Below, one piece after another: positions 1 through 13,548 of a stretch of DNA of 64,000 bases. Under the pieces are notes generated by a model. The model was not told the origin of the DNA. It searched no databases and saw only the letters and a program-made list of their open reading frames with translations. The position numbers and the translations under genes were made by a program. The stretch is from positions 78,678,001 through 78,742,000 of the forward strand of contig OX597826.1 of assembly GCA_951406725.2 (NCBI GenBank), written 5' to 3'. Source of the stretch: Octopus vulgaris (lineage: Eukaryota). Each line of letters starts with the position of its first letter. Position 1 is the stretch's first letter.

Positions 1-162
1 GATTACATCGATCCCAGTGCATAACTGGTACTTATTTCATCGACACCGAAAGGTGTAAAAGGCAAAGTCGACCTCGGCGGAATTGAACTTAGAACATAAA
101 CACGGACGAAATACCGTTAAGCGTTTTGTCCGGTACGCTAAAGTTTGTGCCTGCTCACCACC
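1..162 (-). mobile_element. Family A tRNA-headed SINE, older copy, cut by window start
   Basis: Reverse complement of the family core GTTCAAATTCCGCCGAGGTCGACTTTGCCTTTCATCCTTTCGGGGTCGATAAA-TAAGTACCAG that recurs throughout the window; B-box-like GTTCAAATTCC. Confidence 0.8.
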
Positions 163-182
163 TTTACACAGTCTAATAATAT

Positions 183-580
183 TCTTTTCTACTCTAAGCA
201 CAAGGTCCGAAATTTTGGGGGAGGGGACCAGTCGATTAGGTCGACCCCACTAAGCAGCTGGTACTTATTTCATCGACACCGAAAGCTGTTAAAGGCAAAG
301 TCGACCTCGGCAGGATTTGAACATAGAACATAAAGACAGACGAAATACCTATTTCTTTACTACCCACAAGGGGCTAAACACAGAGAGGAAAAACAAGGAC
401 AGACAAACGGATTAAATCGATTACATCGACCCCAGTGCGTAACTGGTACTTAATTTATCGACCCCGAAAGGATGAAAGGCAAAGTCGACCTCGGCGGAAT
501 TTGAACTCAGAACATAGCGGCAGACGAAATACTGCCAAGCATTTCGCCCGGCGTGCTAACGTCTCTGCCAGTTCGCCGCC
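183..580 (-). mobile_element. Family A SINE, dimeric form (two bodies, two different tails) with 19-bp target-site duplication
   Basis: Two copies of the core; flanked by TTACACAGTCTAATAATAT (164-182) and TTACACAGTTTAATAATAT (581-599). Confidence 0.85.
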
Positions 581-933
581 TTACACAGTTTAATAATATC
601 GATAAAAGATCGAACTGTATCATTTCACTGCATTCAAATGGAATCACAAATTCGCTGGTCCTATATTCAAACATCCCTCTGGATTGGTTTTCATTCTTGG
701 TTTGATTTCTTAATTCTTCTGCTCATCTGCACCGTTTTCCTAACCATTCAGCTTTTAGTCGTACGCTACTTCTGCTCGGTTATCTATTCGTTTCATGTCT
801 GCGCCAGGCTTGCACCTATCATCTCTTTCCTTCCCATGGAAGCTTCCCTCAATCTCCATTTCCCATTTCTTCTTCACATTTTTAGCAGAGTTCTATATAT
901 TTTACGTAACTTATATGTGAGTGGATGTCTGTC

Positions 934-981
<48 letters not shown>

Positions 982-1011
982 TGTGCGTGTGTGTGTTTGT
1001 ATCTTATATTA

Positions 1012-1235
1012 CTCACTGGTTTCAGTCATTTGAATGCGGCCATGCTGGGGCACCGCCTTGGAGGGTTTTAGTCGAAAAAATTGACCCCGGTACTTTCTTA
1101 AGTACAATACTTATAGTATCGGGCTCTTTTGTACAACTGCTAAATTTGGGGACATAAACACACCAACACCGGTTGTCGAGCGGTAGGCCGGGGGGCAAAC
1201 AAGGAGACAAAGACACACACACACACACACACGCA
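1012..1235 (-). mobile_element. Family B SINE, 3' half
   Basis: GTTTCAGTCATTTGAATGCGGCCATGCTGGGGCACCGCC matches the reverse complement of the tail of the full copy at 38159-38592. Confidence 0.75.
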
Positions 1236-1254
1236 TACACATAGATATATGCTG

Positions 1255-1592
1255 AGACCCCCTTCGGTCATGACTGACCATGGGATTGCACCTGCAAAGT
1301 CACCCTCCGAGGCACAATCCGGGCAAGTTTGTTTATGGAATAAATGGCAGTCGCCCATGAATACCGGCCCCCGTTACCCACGCCACCAGTGTTATTCAAG
1401 GGAAAGGTAAAGGGGCCGATACAGCTTGGTACCTGTGACGTCGCAACTCATTTCTGCAGCTGAGTGAACTGGAGCAACGTGAAATAAAGTGTCTTGCTTA
1501 AGAACACAACACGCAGCCCAGTCCGGGATTGGAACTTACAACCTCACGATCGTAAGCTCCACGCTCTAACCACTGAGCCATGCGCCTTCACT
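1255..1592 (-). mobile_element. Family C tRNA-headed SINE
   Basis: Minus-strand head GGCGCATGGCTCAGTGGTTAGAGCGTGGAGCTTACGATCG with A-box; collinear with the copy at 18143-18505. Confidence 0.8.
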
Positions 1593-1696
1593 TCTACATG
1601 AATAGTGGTGACAGTGACCTCGAAGGAAAGCTAGCAGGCCTAGAAAAGTTAGCAGGCCGAAGCTTCGTGGTTAGTATCACCACTATTGATAGAAAG

Positions 1697-1900
1697 CGGC
1701 CAGCTGGCAGAAACGTTAGCACGAAATGTTTAGCGGTATTTCATCTGTCTTTACGTTCTGAGTTCAAATTCCGCCGAGGTCGACTTTGCCTTTCATCCTT
1801 TCGGGGTCGATAAATTAAGTACCAGTTGCGTACTGGGGTAGATCTAATCGACTGGCCCCCTCCTTGAAATTTTCGGGCCTTGTGTCTAGAGTAGAAAATA
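1697..1900 (+). mobile_element. Family A SINE monomer
   Basis: GCTGGCAGAAACGTTAGCAC head, family core, tail ending TAGAGTAGAAAA. Confidence 0.85.
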
Positions 1901-1919
1901 ATATTTAATAGATTGAGAG

Positions 1920-1967
<48 letters not shown>

Positions 1968-3243
1968 GTATATATTTAATGTAATATTTTGTCCGCTGCA
2001 TTTTCCGATAGGTGTCGCACACTGCGTCTCCTTGCCTATCCCACTACTTCCGGTAGCCAATTTTACACCAACTTTCACCCCTGCCATTCCATCTTTTAAG
2101 AAAACACACACTTCAAAGTATTTCCTGAGATGCTTCTAATATCTGCTTCCTTAACGTTTTCTGAAAGCTGCTGCCAGAATTCCTTCCACCATTAATTGTT
2201 TTACGAATTCGATATATTATTTCATATTTTCCCTTCATAAAATTGTTATATTTAATGCATTTTCCGCTTTCATTTCATAACCGCTTCTTCCACTTCTATT
2301 CAATTCGTCCTTTGTATACAGATTCATCCAACCATCAGCATGTGTGTGTGTGTTAAACATATGTATATATATATATATATGAGTTGTGTAGTTTTCTTGA
2401 AGCATTGTTTCATGTATAAATACCCGGTAAAACTATCAACTTGTTTCATTTTTATAAATTACATTATTTTGGCTTTAACGAAAATATAATTAAAAACATT
2501 TATTTATGTATATATTCATATACACATGCATGTGTGTATGTATGTGCGTGTGTGTGTGTGTTCATTTTTAACGCTTTAATCGAATTCACAATGCGTATTA
2601 CGTAACCCTTTCTGTTCTCTTTCGGTTAAGTCCTATTTTACTTTACGAAATACGAAAACAAACGAAAGAAAAGTAAAATACTGGAGATATCAAAGTAGAG
2701 AAAGGGAGTGAGCTGAATAAACGAATGTAAAATATGGCGGAAACACAACAAACAATGCAAGATCGGAAGTGGAGAATGTATTTAGTATTTTTTCTTTTTT
2801 ATATAAAATAAAAAAAGAAGGATGTGTGAAACGTGCGTACATTTACAGGAAAATGTAAAATTCTTTTATAGGAAAAAATAAGATTCGGAAAATTTTGTTG
2901 GTGATTTGTTGTTGTTTTGAGTCCAATGTCAAATCTAAGCGGGAATTCTTATGATCAAAGTCATTCTGAACCTGCTAGAAATAGCAGTCAATGCTGCCCT
3001 TCTTCTTCACTTGATATCCAACAGTCTTAGGAGATAATCTATTGTTGCTTTTCTTGACCATATAGAAAAGAGGTTATGGTCGCTGGTGGAATGACTTTCA
3101 TCATAACCATAGGATCGATAAGTTCGATCAGCGCTGACCTATCACTTAAACAACGGTAGCAACCCTTTCGTTAATTTAAGCGCCATATTGACTGTTTATG
3201 TCATTTCTCTTCTCTCGTTTCTCTCTCTCTCCCTCGCTCTCTC

Positions 3244-3298
<55 letters not shown>

Positions 3299-3384
3299 CA
3301 CACACACATACATATATATATATATATGCTTATATATGCATATATATGTCTATGTATATATGCTTATATATACATACATATATG

Positions 3385-3458
<74 letters not shown>

Positions 3459-3639
3459 TGTATAGGTAGAGGACGTCACAAAACGTAAACAACATGAAAT
3501 ACGAAGACAAACAACGAGTGAAACAAATGGAAAACAAGACAAGTAATACAAAGAACGACCCTTCATCAGTTGTCGGCTGTTCATCTACTCCACATTTCGA
3601 GCAATTAAGGACAATATGAGGCTTGGAAAAACAGTCGAG

Positions 3640-4075
3640 GTTATTTGTCTTAATTTTTCATTGCATTTTCCTAGATGCTTTTGTAGTCTACCCTCGGTAT
3701 TTCGCCGTAGTTTTCCAATCACATAAGGCTGCTACCACCTTATTTGTAAATATCCTCCTTTATCAGTATTCTGTGGTGTATTCTAAATCCTTGTTTTTTC
3801 TGACTCGTTTTGCTGGTCTGGTTCCATTCCAATTTATTACTAGAACAGCCAGAGTAGCGACGCTTATTACCTTACTTTTTGCATTTAGGTCACATTTAAG
3901 CGTTTTTATCAAATGCGTCTATAAAATTCGTTCCTAATCTTTTCTCTCATTTATCTCCGTTGTACACGGAATGGTTCATTGATTCCTAAGTATCTGTGTT
4001 TCTGTGTTTCGTCTAATTCTCTTATCTGGTTTCCTTTATGTCGCATGATATTAGTGCTCTTAATTAATTTTCATC
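3640..4075 (-). pseudogene. R4/Dong-like non-LTR retrotransposon, decayed post-RT region
   Basis: Minus-strand translation ELDETQKHRYLGINE...MREKIRNEFYRR...LNAKSK...TLAV resembles the YKYLGI / KEYYRR / ELNAKNK / TLAVPV blocks of RLE-type LINEs; stops and frameshifts. Confidence 0.65.
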
Positions 4076-4139
4076 TCGTATAATAGTTAGATATATTGTA
4101 TACAACTAATTATTATGTACACACACACATACTTACAAA

Positions 4140-4313
4140 ATATACATATGAATATACAAACATAGACATATGTATATACACATATATACACATATATCTA
4201 CGTATACATGTCTATATATACTTATATATACATATATATATATATCTATATATACATATATATATATATACATATATATATATACATATATATATATATA
4301 CATATATATATAC

Positions 4314-4385
<72 letters not shown>

Positions 4386-4540
4386 CTATGTATACATATA
4401 TACATACATACGTACATACATATATACATACATATATATCTATGTGCATATATATATACATACATACATACATACATACATACATACATACATACATACA
4501 TACATACATACATACATACATACATACATACATACATACG
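4140..4540. repeat. Compound (TA)n/(CATA)n microsatellite
   Basis: Directly visible; source of several overlapping Y/I/H ORFs. Confidence 0.95.
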
Positions 4541-5784
4541 CAGAGACCTAGTGAAAAGTTTAAATTCAAAAATAAAATTCAATATTTTTCTCGATGTTTT
4601 GATATAAAAAAATAAAACTTAATTATCAGTAAGTTAATTTATATCACATATTATGATGTATGAATGATGAAATTTCATAATTCGTCATTATTTTTCTCAA
4701 CTTCTTTATCTATTTGACATTCCTGATAATGTAAGCTAAGATAAATCAATATTTTAAAAATTTATTGATTCACTTCCAAAAAAGGGTCTTAATTGTTACT
4801 TTACATGAAAATCGACTTAGAAACATACCAACGCAGCTGAATATGTCTGCGGGTGACATCCTGAAGTTTCGTCTCGATTTCGTTATAGTTAGGTACATGT
4901 CATTTGATTGTCCAAGAAGACCTTTTTTCTCAAAGCACTTCAATCGGATGGGATGAGGAATGTTCTTTGCATGTTTGACAAATGGAGATCGATAGCACAA
5001 GAACCAGACTGAGCAATAAGTACTGGATCCAATGTGATCGATCAAAACTCTTGAAGGAGGTACTCCAAATGTAATCGTAATCATAAACTGGAACCGATGA
5101 GAAAATAAAAGGATGTCCCTCTATACCTGTATCCATACTATTAAATCGCACATAGTGGGGTTATTGGAAAAAAAAACAGCCTCTCCTACTAAAGATTTCA
5201 GGCTGTGTGCCGAGAGTAGAAAGGATAATTATAAATATCAATAAGTATATTAACCCATTTCTTGCCATGCTCCCCAATTGAGGATCTGCTAAACAATCTC
5301 ACTGAAAGCAGTCTCACTGCCGGTTGTTCTTTGTATTTAAAGCAAATTGCGTATGCACATTGCATTTGTCGAGGTGTGTTTGACAATATTTAGTAGTTAA
5401 AGTTTGTCATTCTTAGCTCTGGCTAATTCTAGAGGAACATTTTATATCATAAATGACAATTTTTGAATTACAAAAATATTGACTGTTTTGAAAACGCTTT
5501 TTTTCTTTGCATTTCCCATCGAAATCATTCGTTCGTACTTCATCAACATTCGCATTTGATACTTTAGTTTCCAAAAAACTGAAATGTTTATTACTGCAAT
5601 TGAATAAAAAAGGATAAATATGCTTTCTTTCAGTGATTTCCATTCGGGACTTTTTGAAAGATTTATCAAAATTTCCAAAATAATTCACATGTGAAGAAAA
5701 TTTAATTACTATATATTATTTTAACTCTTAAGACACCTTGCAAAGCCAAAGAATATGAATAAAAAAATTTGGCAGTTAATGGGT

Positions 5785-6195
5785 GAAGGCAGCGAGCTGG
5801 CAGACTCGTCAGCATGCCGGATAAAATGCTTAGCGATGTTTCGTCCGTCTTTCCGTTATGAGTTAAAATTCTGCCGAGGTTGACTTGGCTTTTCATCTTT
5901 TCGAGATCGATAAAATAAGTACCAGTTAAACACTGGGGTCGAGGTAATCGACTTAACTGCTGGCCTTGCTCCAATATTAATAATTTTATTAAGGCGGGGA
6001 GCTGGCAGAATCGTTAGCGCACCGGACAAAATCTTGCCCGTCTTTACGTTCAGAGATCGAATTCCACCAACGCCAATTTTGCCTTTCGTCCTTTCTGGGT
6101 CGATAAAATAAGTACCAGTCGAGTACTGGAGTCAATGTAATCGACTTACCACCTCTCCCAAAACTGCTGGCCTTGTGCCAAAATTTGGAACCAAT
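5785..6195 (+). mobile_element. Two head-to-tail family A SINEs (about 5785-5975 and 5991-6195)
   Basis: Each begins AGGCRGSGAGCTGGCAGA and carries the family core. Confidence 0.8.
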
Positions 6196-6881
6196 ATTAA
6201 TATGTAATTCTTCCAACTGTAAGCAATTTGGGGGCGAAGAAGGGCTAGGAAATTTCTGCGATCCCAGTGCCCGACTGATGCTTATTTTGTCAACCTCGAC
6301 GGAATTTGAACTCAGAACGTAGAGCCGGAAAAATACCCTCTAAACATTTTGTCCGTCGTGCCAACGATTCTATCATCTTGACGAATGAAATTAATAGTAA
6401 TTCCCGAGCAGAGAAACGAACCCCGATCGGTGCAGTTACCATCATTAAGTAATGCAGAGAACTTATCTGTTTATAAAATATGCTATCTACATATATGTCG
6501 TCCGTTGACACAAGATCACTCTTGATGCAGGAATCAGCCAAAGCAGCTGAATATCATCGTCGGGTTACACAAAACACATGCCATGGAAACATGCCGTCTT
6601 TGCAATAAATATAATCTCGTGATATATACACTTGCTATCGTGAGATACACCTATTAACCCCTTAATATATCACATTGGTAAGGAAGCAGAGCTAGCTGCG
6701 ATGGCTTAGCCAACATATCTTAAGAAGCAGCAGCTAAAGATGTAGTGACCCATCCCAAAAGGATTGAGTGTGTACGCTTAAGTCTGTGTGAATGTGTGTG
6801 TGTGTGTGTGTGGTTATGTTCTGTGTATGTGTGTTGTCTAAGCACATGCCTCTGCGTGTGTGCGCCTGTGTTTATTCTATG

Positions 6882-6918
<37 letters not shown>

Positions 6919-7076
6919 TTGTTTGCAATGATTCATAATATGTCGGACGTCAAGCGATGCCATAACTTATGTGTTGAGCAATGGTGGGTGCGAAATGGAT
7001 CCGTATATCACTGGAAGGAGATAAACTTGGTGTTTTATGGTATCGGGATGCTGCACTGGACAAGAAGCATTCTAGT

Positions 7077-7156
<80 letters not shown>

Positions 7157-7364
7157 AATATACATAAATTATTAGAGAGTTAACCGCTATGTGGATAACT
7201 CTAGTGCTAAAAATAGCCCCGATAGTATAGCCACAGAAAAAAGATGTTTCCAGCTAGAAGTAACATACATTTAACGGAAGGAAAGTGAAATAGTTTTTTG
7301 TGCTAAGCCACTCGGTGTTAAATTAATGGTATTATTAAATTAATATCAATTTTTCACCCTCATT

Positions 7365-7695
<331 letters not shown>

Positions 7696-8252
7696 TATAT
7701 ATATATATATATATATTTCACTGTCGTGGTTGGTATATATTTATTTCGGCATACTTGATAAACCATCTCCTATAATTCAAGTGAGCAATATAACATTAAC
7801 CATATAAATCTCATTCGCACATCCTTTTCCCTTAGTTTAAGGGTGTCACGTACACATCCACACATATACACGCATTATACGCACACCAGTTTTATACAAA
7901 TACAATGGTAGCGAGACGGTAGCATTGATAGATGTGAGATTTAGTTATCTCCCTTTATGTTCTAATTTCAAATCTCGTCTAGGAACGACTTTTGTCTTTT
8001 ACCATTCTGAAATCGATAGAATAAGTTTTAACGTAATACCAGAAGCCATTTCCTGATTATGTCCCTTCCCTCAAATTCAAAAAGCAAATCAGAAACCGAT
8101 ATTGAATAACGCTTCTTGTGTTCTGAGAATAAAGCTTTACGTTCTGATTTCAAATTCCCCGTGGTCGTCTTCTTTTCTCATTGTTTTGGAGTCAATAAAG
8201 TGATATTCTGATATAACTGATATAAGTAATGTATTATTATAAGGTTGGTATA

Positions 8253-8610
8253 AGGCGCAATGGCCCAGTGATTAGGGCAGCGGTTTCGATTCCCAGACCG
8301 GGTGTTTTGAGTGTTTATTGAGCGAAAACACCTAAAACTCCACGAGGCTCCGGCAGTGGGTGGTGGCAAACCCTGCTGTACTCTTTCACCACAACTTTCT
8401 CTCACTCTTTCTTCCTGTTTCCGTTGTACCTGTATTTCAAAGGGCCAGCCTTGTCATACTCTGTGTTATGCTGAATCTCCCCAAGAACTACGTTAAGGGT
8501 ATACGTGTCTGTGGAGTGCTCAGCCACTTGCACGTTAATTTCACGAGTAGGCTCTGTCGTTGATCGGATCAGCTGGAACCCTCGTCGTCGTAACCGACGG
8601 AGTGCCACGA
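8253..8610 (+). mobile_element. Family D tRNA-headed SINE
   Basis: A-box TGGCCCAGTGATT, B-box GGTTTCGATTCCC; head and centre shared with 17755-18022. Confidence 0.75.
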
Positions 8611-9927
8611 TTGATATAAGAAATATCTTGCTAAGCAGAAGTCCGTGCTTAATGAGATTTCGTCTGTCTTTATATTCCACTGAGGTCGATGTAATCGGCT
8701 TACCCCACTCCCCACAATTTGCTGGCCTCGTGCCACAATTTGAAACCAATGTTATTATTGTCAAACCAGTAGCAGCGAATGAATTGTCCACTCTGAACGG
8801 CATTTTTGAGAAGCGGCTCTTTGGGTCTACTACAGTTGCAAAAAAGAAAGGGTTTTACCTTCTTTCTGTCGATACAGTGAAATAATACAAGACGTCAGCC
8901 TATTTTTTTCCACGTAACCATTGATTAGTGCTAAGCATTATGTTCCCTCGAAGATGGCCTTCTTGGAACGCTTTCTTCTGCCTAATTATTTATAGCATTG
9001 CGATAAAAGAATTTATTTCATAAAAAATTTCTTAGAGGAAAACAAGAAAAATAACTCTGTAGAATGTTCTACCGAATTTTTTTTTCTTTCTTGAAACATA
9101 AAAACGGTGTATTAATTTCTTTCACATATTTCATTCACATATATCTTTCTTTAGGTATCTTAATTTCTTATATTAACTGCTTTCACATATATCTTTCTGG
9201 AAGTGGTTTTTTCTTCTCATTTAAGTTTGATGTATATAAAGCTGTGTTTCTCGTGTGGTGGGGCAGTAACACCAAAAACCTCTCTGGTACGGTAGAAACT
9301 CTAGGTTCACAACTCCTTCATTCGATTTATATTCAACAGTGCTCTTCCCTCAAAATGTATGACCAGGCTCCTATGCTTAAACATCAGTGATATTGTAGCT
9401 GAGTGGATTTAAGTTCCTTTCATGTTGGTCGATTTTTGCCTTTCATTCTTCAAAAGCCGATTTTAAAAAAGAAGTACCAGTAATATTCTAGTTTTGATAT
9501 TAACTGTACAAACCCCATAAAATAGAATTTATAGCATCGTGTTAATGTAAGAAATCAATATTCTTGATACAAAAATTCTTTCAAGCGAAACAATGATGTT
9601 CTTGCATCCTGCTGAGTGGGAGGAAACTTACGTCAGCTGAAAATGGAAACTGGGTCACCGTGACACTCAGCTGATTGCCCCACCCACGTTCTTGGACGTT
9701 CAACAACCACCGTTAATATTGATTTCTAATAGGCCCAAGAACGCAAAATTTTCGGGTGGTAATCTATTATAATCGAATCGGTCTCCAGCATGAAGGTAAA
9801 GTTCTTCTCGGCGGGATTCGAAATAAGAAAGTGAAGAAAGGCACCTGCACGTGACTATGTGGTTCCCAACCACACGGTTCCTATTCAGTCCCACTGTGTG
9901 GCACCTGAAAGGTCTAAAGACTAGCAA

Positions 9928-10391
9928 CGCGACATTCGCCTCGGCCTCTTTTTTGACCCACGACTGCAGTTCGGTCATGGAGACGAGCTGCGGGAAAGCG
10001 CACCTCACAAACGGCGACCACACCTTTTAACCGTTGTCTACGTAGAGCCGGAGATGTCGCAGTCTCAGCGCGTGTCTGCGCCTCATCAACCACAGGATGC
10101 CCAGTCCGCCTTTTAACGGGTGTTGGCAGCAAATGGATCGCCTGATCATCAGAACGCTTCCCTTCCACTTGAAGCGGAAGAGAATGCGTTCCAGTTTGGT
10201 GATGGTAGGGTCGGGACAAGGCACGGCGGTCAGGCGGTAGTAGATGACGGACGCGATGTACGTGTTCGCCACCTCCGCCCGACCTTTTAAGGACAGCTTT
10301 CTTTCGGCCTATTGCCGGGCGAGAGTGGCCACCCTACTCGTTATCTTATTCCAGTTCTTCTCCGTTTGGAGGTCTGGACCAAACCAGACCC
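9928..10391 (-). pseudogene. Tx1/L1-clade LINE fragment (post-RT region) with its 5' break abutting (GATA)n
   Basis: VWFGPDLQTEKNWNKITSRVATLARQ*AERKLSLKGRAEVANTYIASVIYY...HPLKGGLG fits the L1/Tx1 LGV.F / W..R.LS..GR / GGLG pattern; in-frame stops. Confidence 0.85.
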
Positions 10392-10392
10392 T

Positions 10393-10454
<62 letters not shown>

Positions 10455-10697
10455 CATAGATACATAGAGAGAGAGAGAGAGATTCATCAACTGTAGTGAT
10501 TCTGTATAATCCATTTGTTTCTTTCTATTGCTTTGTACATACCTACATACATACATACATACATACATACATACATACATACATAATACATACATACATA
10601 CATACATACATACATACATACATACATACATACATACATACATAATGCATACATAATACATACATACATACATACATACATACATACATACATACAT

Positions 10698-11272
10698 AAA
10701 ACAATTTACAATGCCATCCGCAAAAAAGACTCTTGAAATAAACTTAGAAAATCCCTTACAGAATACATTCATAAACACCAACTCAAGGAATACTGGTGGA
10801 ATATTCCCATCAAAATTTCTGTCAAATGTAAACATAACGGATATTTTTGTCGGGGACAGAGGGACAAAAGTATATACCATCATAGAGGTCAGCTGCCCTG
10901 CAGATATAAATATCTGATTGAAAATCAAAGAAAAAGAGGATATATATGGACAACTGCCTCGAAACCTCCAGCTTCTATATCCAGACTCTGAATTCATATT
11001 CATACCAATGATAATTGGAGCACTAGGTTTTGTTAGTAAATGCTTAAAAGAGAATTTGGATAAACTGGGATTTTCAGAAATCGACCGGCTAATTCGTACA
11101 TTGCAAGTGCAATCTGTGAGTGGAACAGTAAAAATATGCAAGACTTTTTCTCAATTTTTAAATGTGAATTTGTTTGTGTTAACTACATCTCAAAGATGGA
11201 GCCTTGTATCTTTGTTGGAAACCGGGTCCCTCCTCAGTGGAACATTTATGATAATGAAAAAAATAGATGAGA
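10698..11272 (+). pseudogene. 3' end of an RLE-type (R4-like) non-LTR retrotransposon embedded in (CATA)n
   Basis: KEYWWNIPIK..KCKHN / DIFVGDR...IIEVSCPADINI*LKIKEKEDIY...IPMIIGALG: PD-(D/E)xK restriction-like endonuclease region plus ~110-bp 3' UTR; (CATA)n on both sides. Confidence 0.85.
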
Positions 11273-11419
11273 CATACATACATACATACATACATACATA
11301 CATACATACATACATACATACATACATACATACATACAAGCACACCCAGTCTGGTTGAATTAATTTATTGTTAGGTGAGATTTGAATCCAAGCCAAAACT
11401 AAATTTTAATAAATTTGAC

Positions 11420-11635
11420 TCTTTTAATATTGGTTTTAAATTTTTCCTCAAGGACAACAATTTGATGGGGGCAGGATAAGCCGTTTACATTGACCCCAGT
11501 ACTCAGCTGGTATTATTTTATCATCCCCGAAAGGCAAAGTCAACCTCGGCAGAATTTGAACTCAGACCGTAGAGACGGACCAAATGCCGCTAAGTATTTT
11601 GTCCGGCATTCTAACGTTTCTTCCAGCTCACCGCC
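11420..11635 (-). mobile_element. Family A SINE, older copy
   Basis: Diverged core and head ...CCAGCTCACCGCC. Confidence 0.75.
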
Positions 11636-11653
11636 TTTACGTCTCTTCATATT

Positions 11654-12178
11654 CTTTTCTACTCTAGGCCCGAAATATTTGGAGAGGGGGCCAGTCGATT
11701 AGATCGACCCCATGACGCAACTGGTACTTAATTTATCGACCCCGAAGGGATGAAAAGCAAAGTCGACCTCGGCGGAATTTGAACTCAGAAAGTTAAGACT
11801 ACTCACAAGGGGCTAAACATAGAGGGGACAAACAAGGACAGAGAAACGGATTAAGTCGATTACATCGACCCAGTGCGTAACTGGTACTTATTTAATCGAC
11901 CCCGAAAGGATGAAAGGCAAAGTCGACCTCAGCGGAATTTGAACTCAGAAAGTAAAGACTATTCACAAGTGGCTAAACACAGAGGGGACAAACAAGGACA
12001 AACGGATTAAGTCGATTACATCGACCCCAGTGCGTAACTGGTACTTATTTTAATCGCCCCCCGAATGGATGAGAGGCAAAGTCGACCTCGGCGGAATTTG
12101 AACTCAGAACGTAACGGCAGACGAAATACGGCTACGCATTTCGCCTGTCGTGCTAGCGGTTCTTGCCAGCTCGCTGCC
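11654..12178 (-). mobile_element. Family A SINE, trimeric form with 18-bp target-site duplication
   Basis: Three tandem cores; TTTACGTCTCTTCATATT at both 11636-11653 and 12179-12196. Confidence 0.85.
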
Positions 12179-13039
12179 TTTACGTCTCTTCATATTGAGA
12201 CACGAGCAGTAAAGTTTCTGAGGTTATTCATTAAATTCTTATAAAATAACAACCCAGGTATGTAATGTACGTATGTAGGGAAGGGGTAGGTTGGCAGGTA
12301 GGCAGGCATGTTGACCGGTCGGTCGGTCGGTATACATGGCTGTGTGCATGCATACGTAAACGATATATATGTGTTTGTGTATAGTGTTTTGATTTTTGTT
12401 TTCTTTGTGTTTTTCCGTTTGCACGTGTTCTAAAAATGCATGCATACACACATACACTCATGCATACGTACACACACACATACATGTTCGTGTGTGTGCA
12501 GTGCGCATGGTTGTGTATATCTGTATGATGTAAACATGTATATGCATTTGTGTACCGCTCTCTCTCGCTCTCTCTCTCTCTGTCTTTCTCTTTCCCTCTC
12601 TCTCTCTCTCTCCCCCCCCTATTTCTTATTTCTCACATTTAGAACTTGATTTATGTTGCTAGGTTTATATAGATATATAACTATGTATGTGTGTGTGTGT
12701 GTGTGTGTATGACTCTGTGTGTGTCTGTGTGCGCGCGTGTGTTTTTATATATTTACACATATATGGCTATTCCCTTTAATCTATTCTTAGATGCTGTCGT
12801 TCTATGCGTGTGTGTGTGTGCGTGTGTGTGTGTGTTTTAGGCACAATGTAATCGGCTTCTAAGTAATATTAAGATTCCTGTCGCCTCCAACACTCCTTAA
12901 AGCGAAATTCTACCCCCACCCTCACATTCAATGCCATTTAATATGACATAAGTTTTCGTGCCCAATACCAGAAAGTGTTTGGATTTCTCTGAGGGAGATG
13001 TGAGTTCGCATCATGCCACTGAAATTATTATTATTGTTG

Positions 13040-13098
<59 letters not shown>

Positions 13099-13180
13099 GT
13101 TGTTGTTGTTGTTGTTATTATTATTTATTTTTTATTGTTATTATTATTATTATTTATTTTTTATTATTATTATTTATTTA

Positions 13181-13211
<31 letters not shown>

Positions 13212-13357
13212 GAGTGACAGAGCAGTGCATGCCATCAAAGTGACACTTGGGTAAAATATACGAAGCCCAGTATACCCATCATGACTACTGTCTGATAAGT
13301 GTACACTAGGCGCATGCATCACAACCATATGTGCGCGACATGGTGATCTCATACCAA
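13212..13357 (-). mobile_element. Probable retroelement 3' end abutting (TAA)n
   Basis: Non-repetitive segment whose minus-strand end ...GCACTGCTCTGTCACTC runs directly into (AAT)n, the same geometry as the Dong-like ends; no ORF to confirm it. Confidence 0.35.
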
Positions 13358-13367
13358 GGGATAGCTT

Positions 13368-13475
13368 CCTTTTAGGGATAGCTTCCTCTCGGCCTATTGC
13401 CTGGCGAGAGTGGCCACCCTACTCGTTATCCCGTTCCAGTTCTTCGTTTGGAGGTCTGGAGCAAACCAGATCTCG
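13368..13475 (-). pseudogene. Second, shorter Tx1/L1 fragment abutting (GATA)n
   Basis: Aligns to about 10283-10391; same in-frame TAG and nearly the same break point. Confidence 0.85.

Positions 13476-13547
<72 letters not shown>

Positions 13548-13548
<1 letters not shown>

Noticed and set aside
1520-1590. tRNA-like sequences here and at 8253, 18440-18505 and 38159
   Set aside because: A/B boxes are present but no complete cloverleaf; each continues into a SINE body.
3540-3610. Minus-strand GCTCGAAATG...CTGATGAAGG in a repeat-like segment
   Set aside because: I could not assemble three stems around the core; possibly a decayed PLE terminus, but unsupported.
4780-5690. Faint RTE-like traces (e.g. 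QLRWY); similar hints at 6920-7075, 32540-33200, 41560-41770 and 59230-59800
   Set aside because: Only one or two short motifs each by eye; a profile search is needed before calling them.
11690-12110. Three regularly spaced repeats resembling a CRISPR array
   Set aside because: Units are ~180-bp SINE bodies, the intervening parts are also repeated, there are no cas genes, and the context is eukaryotic.
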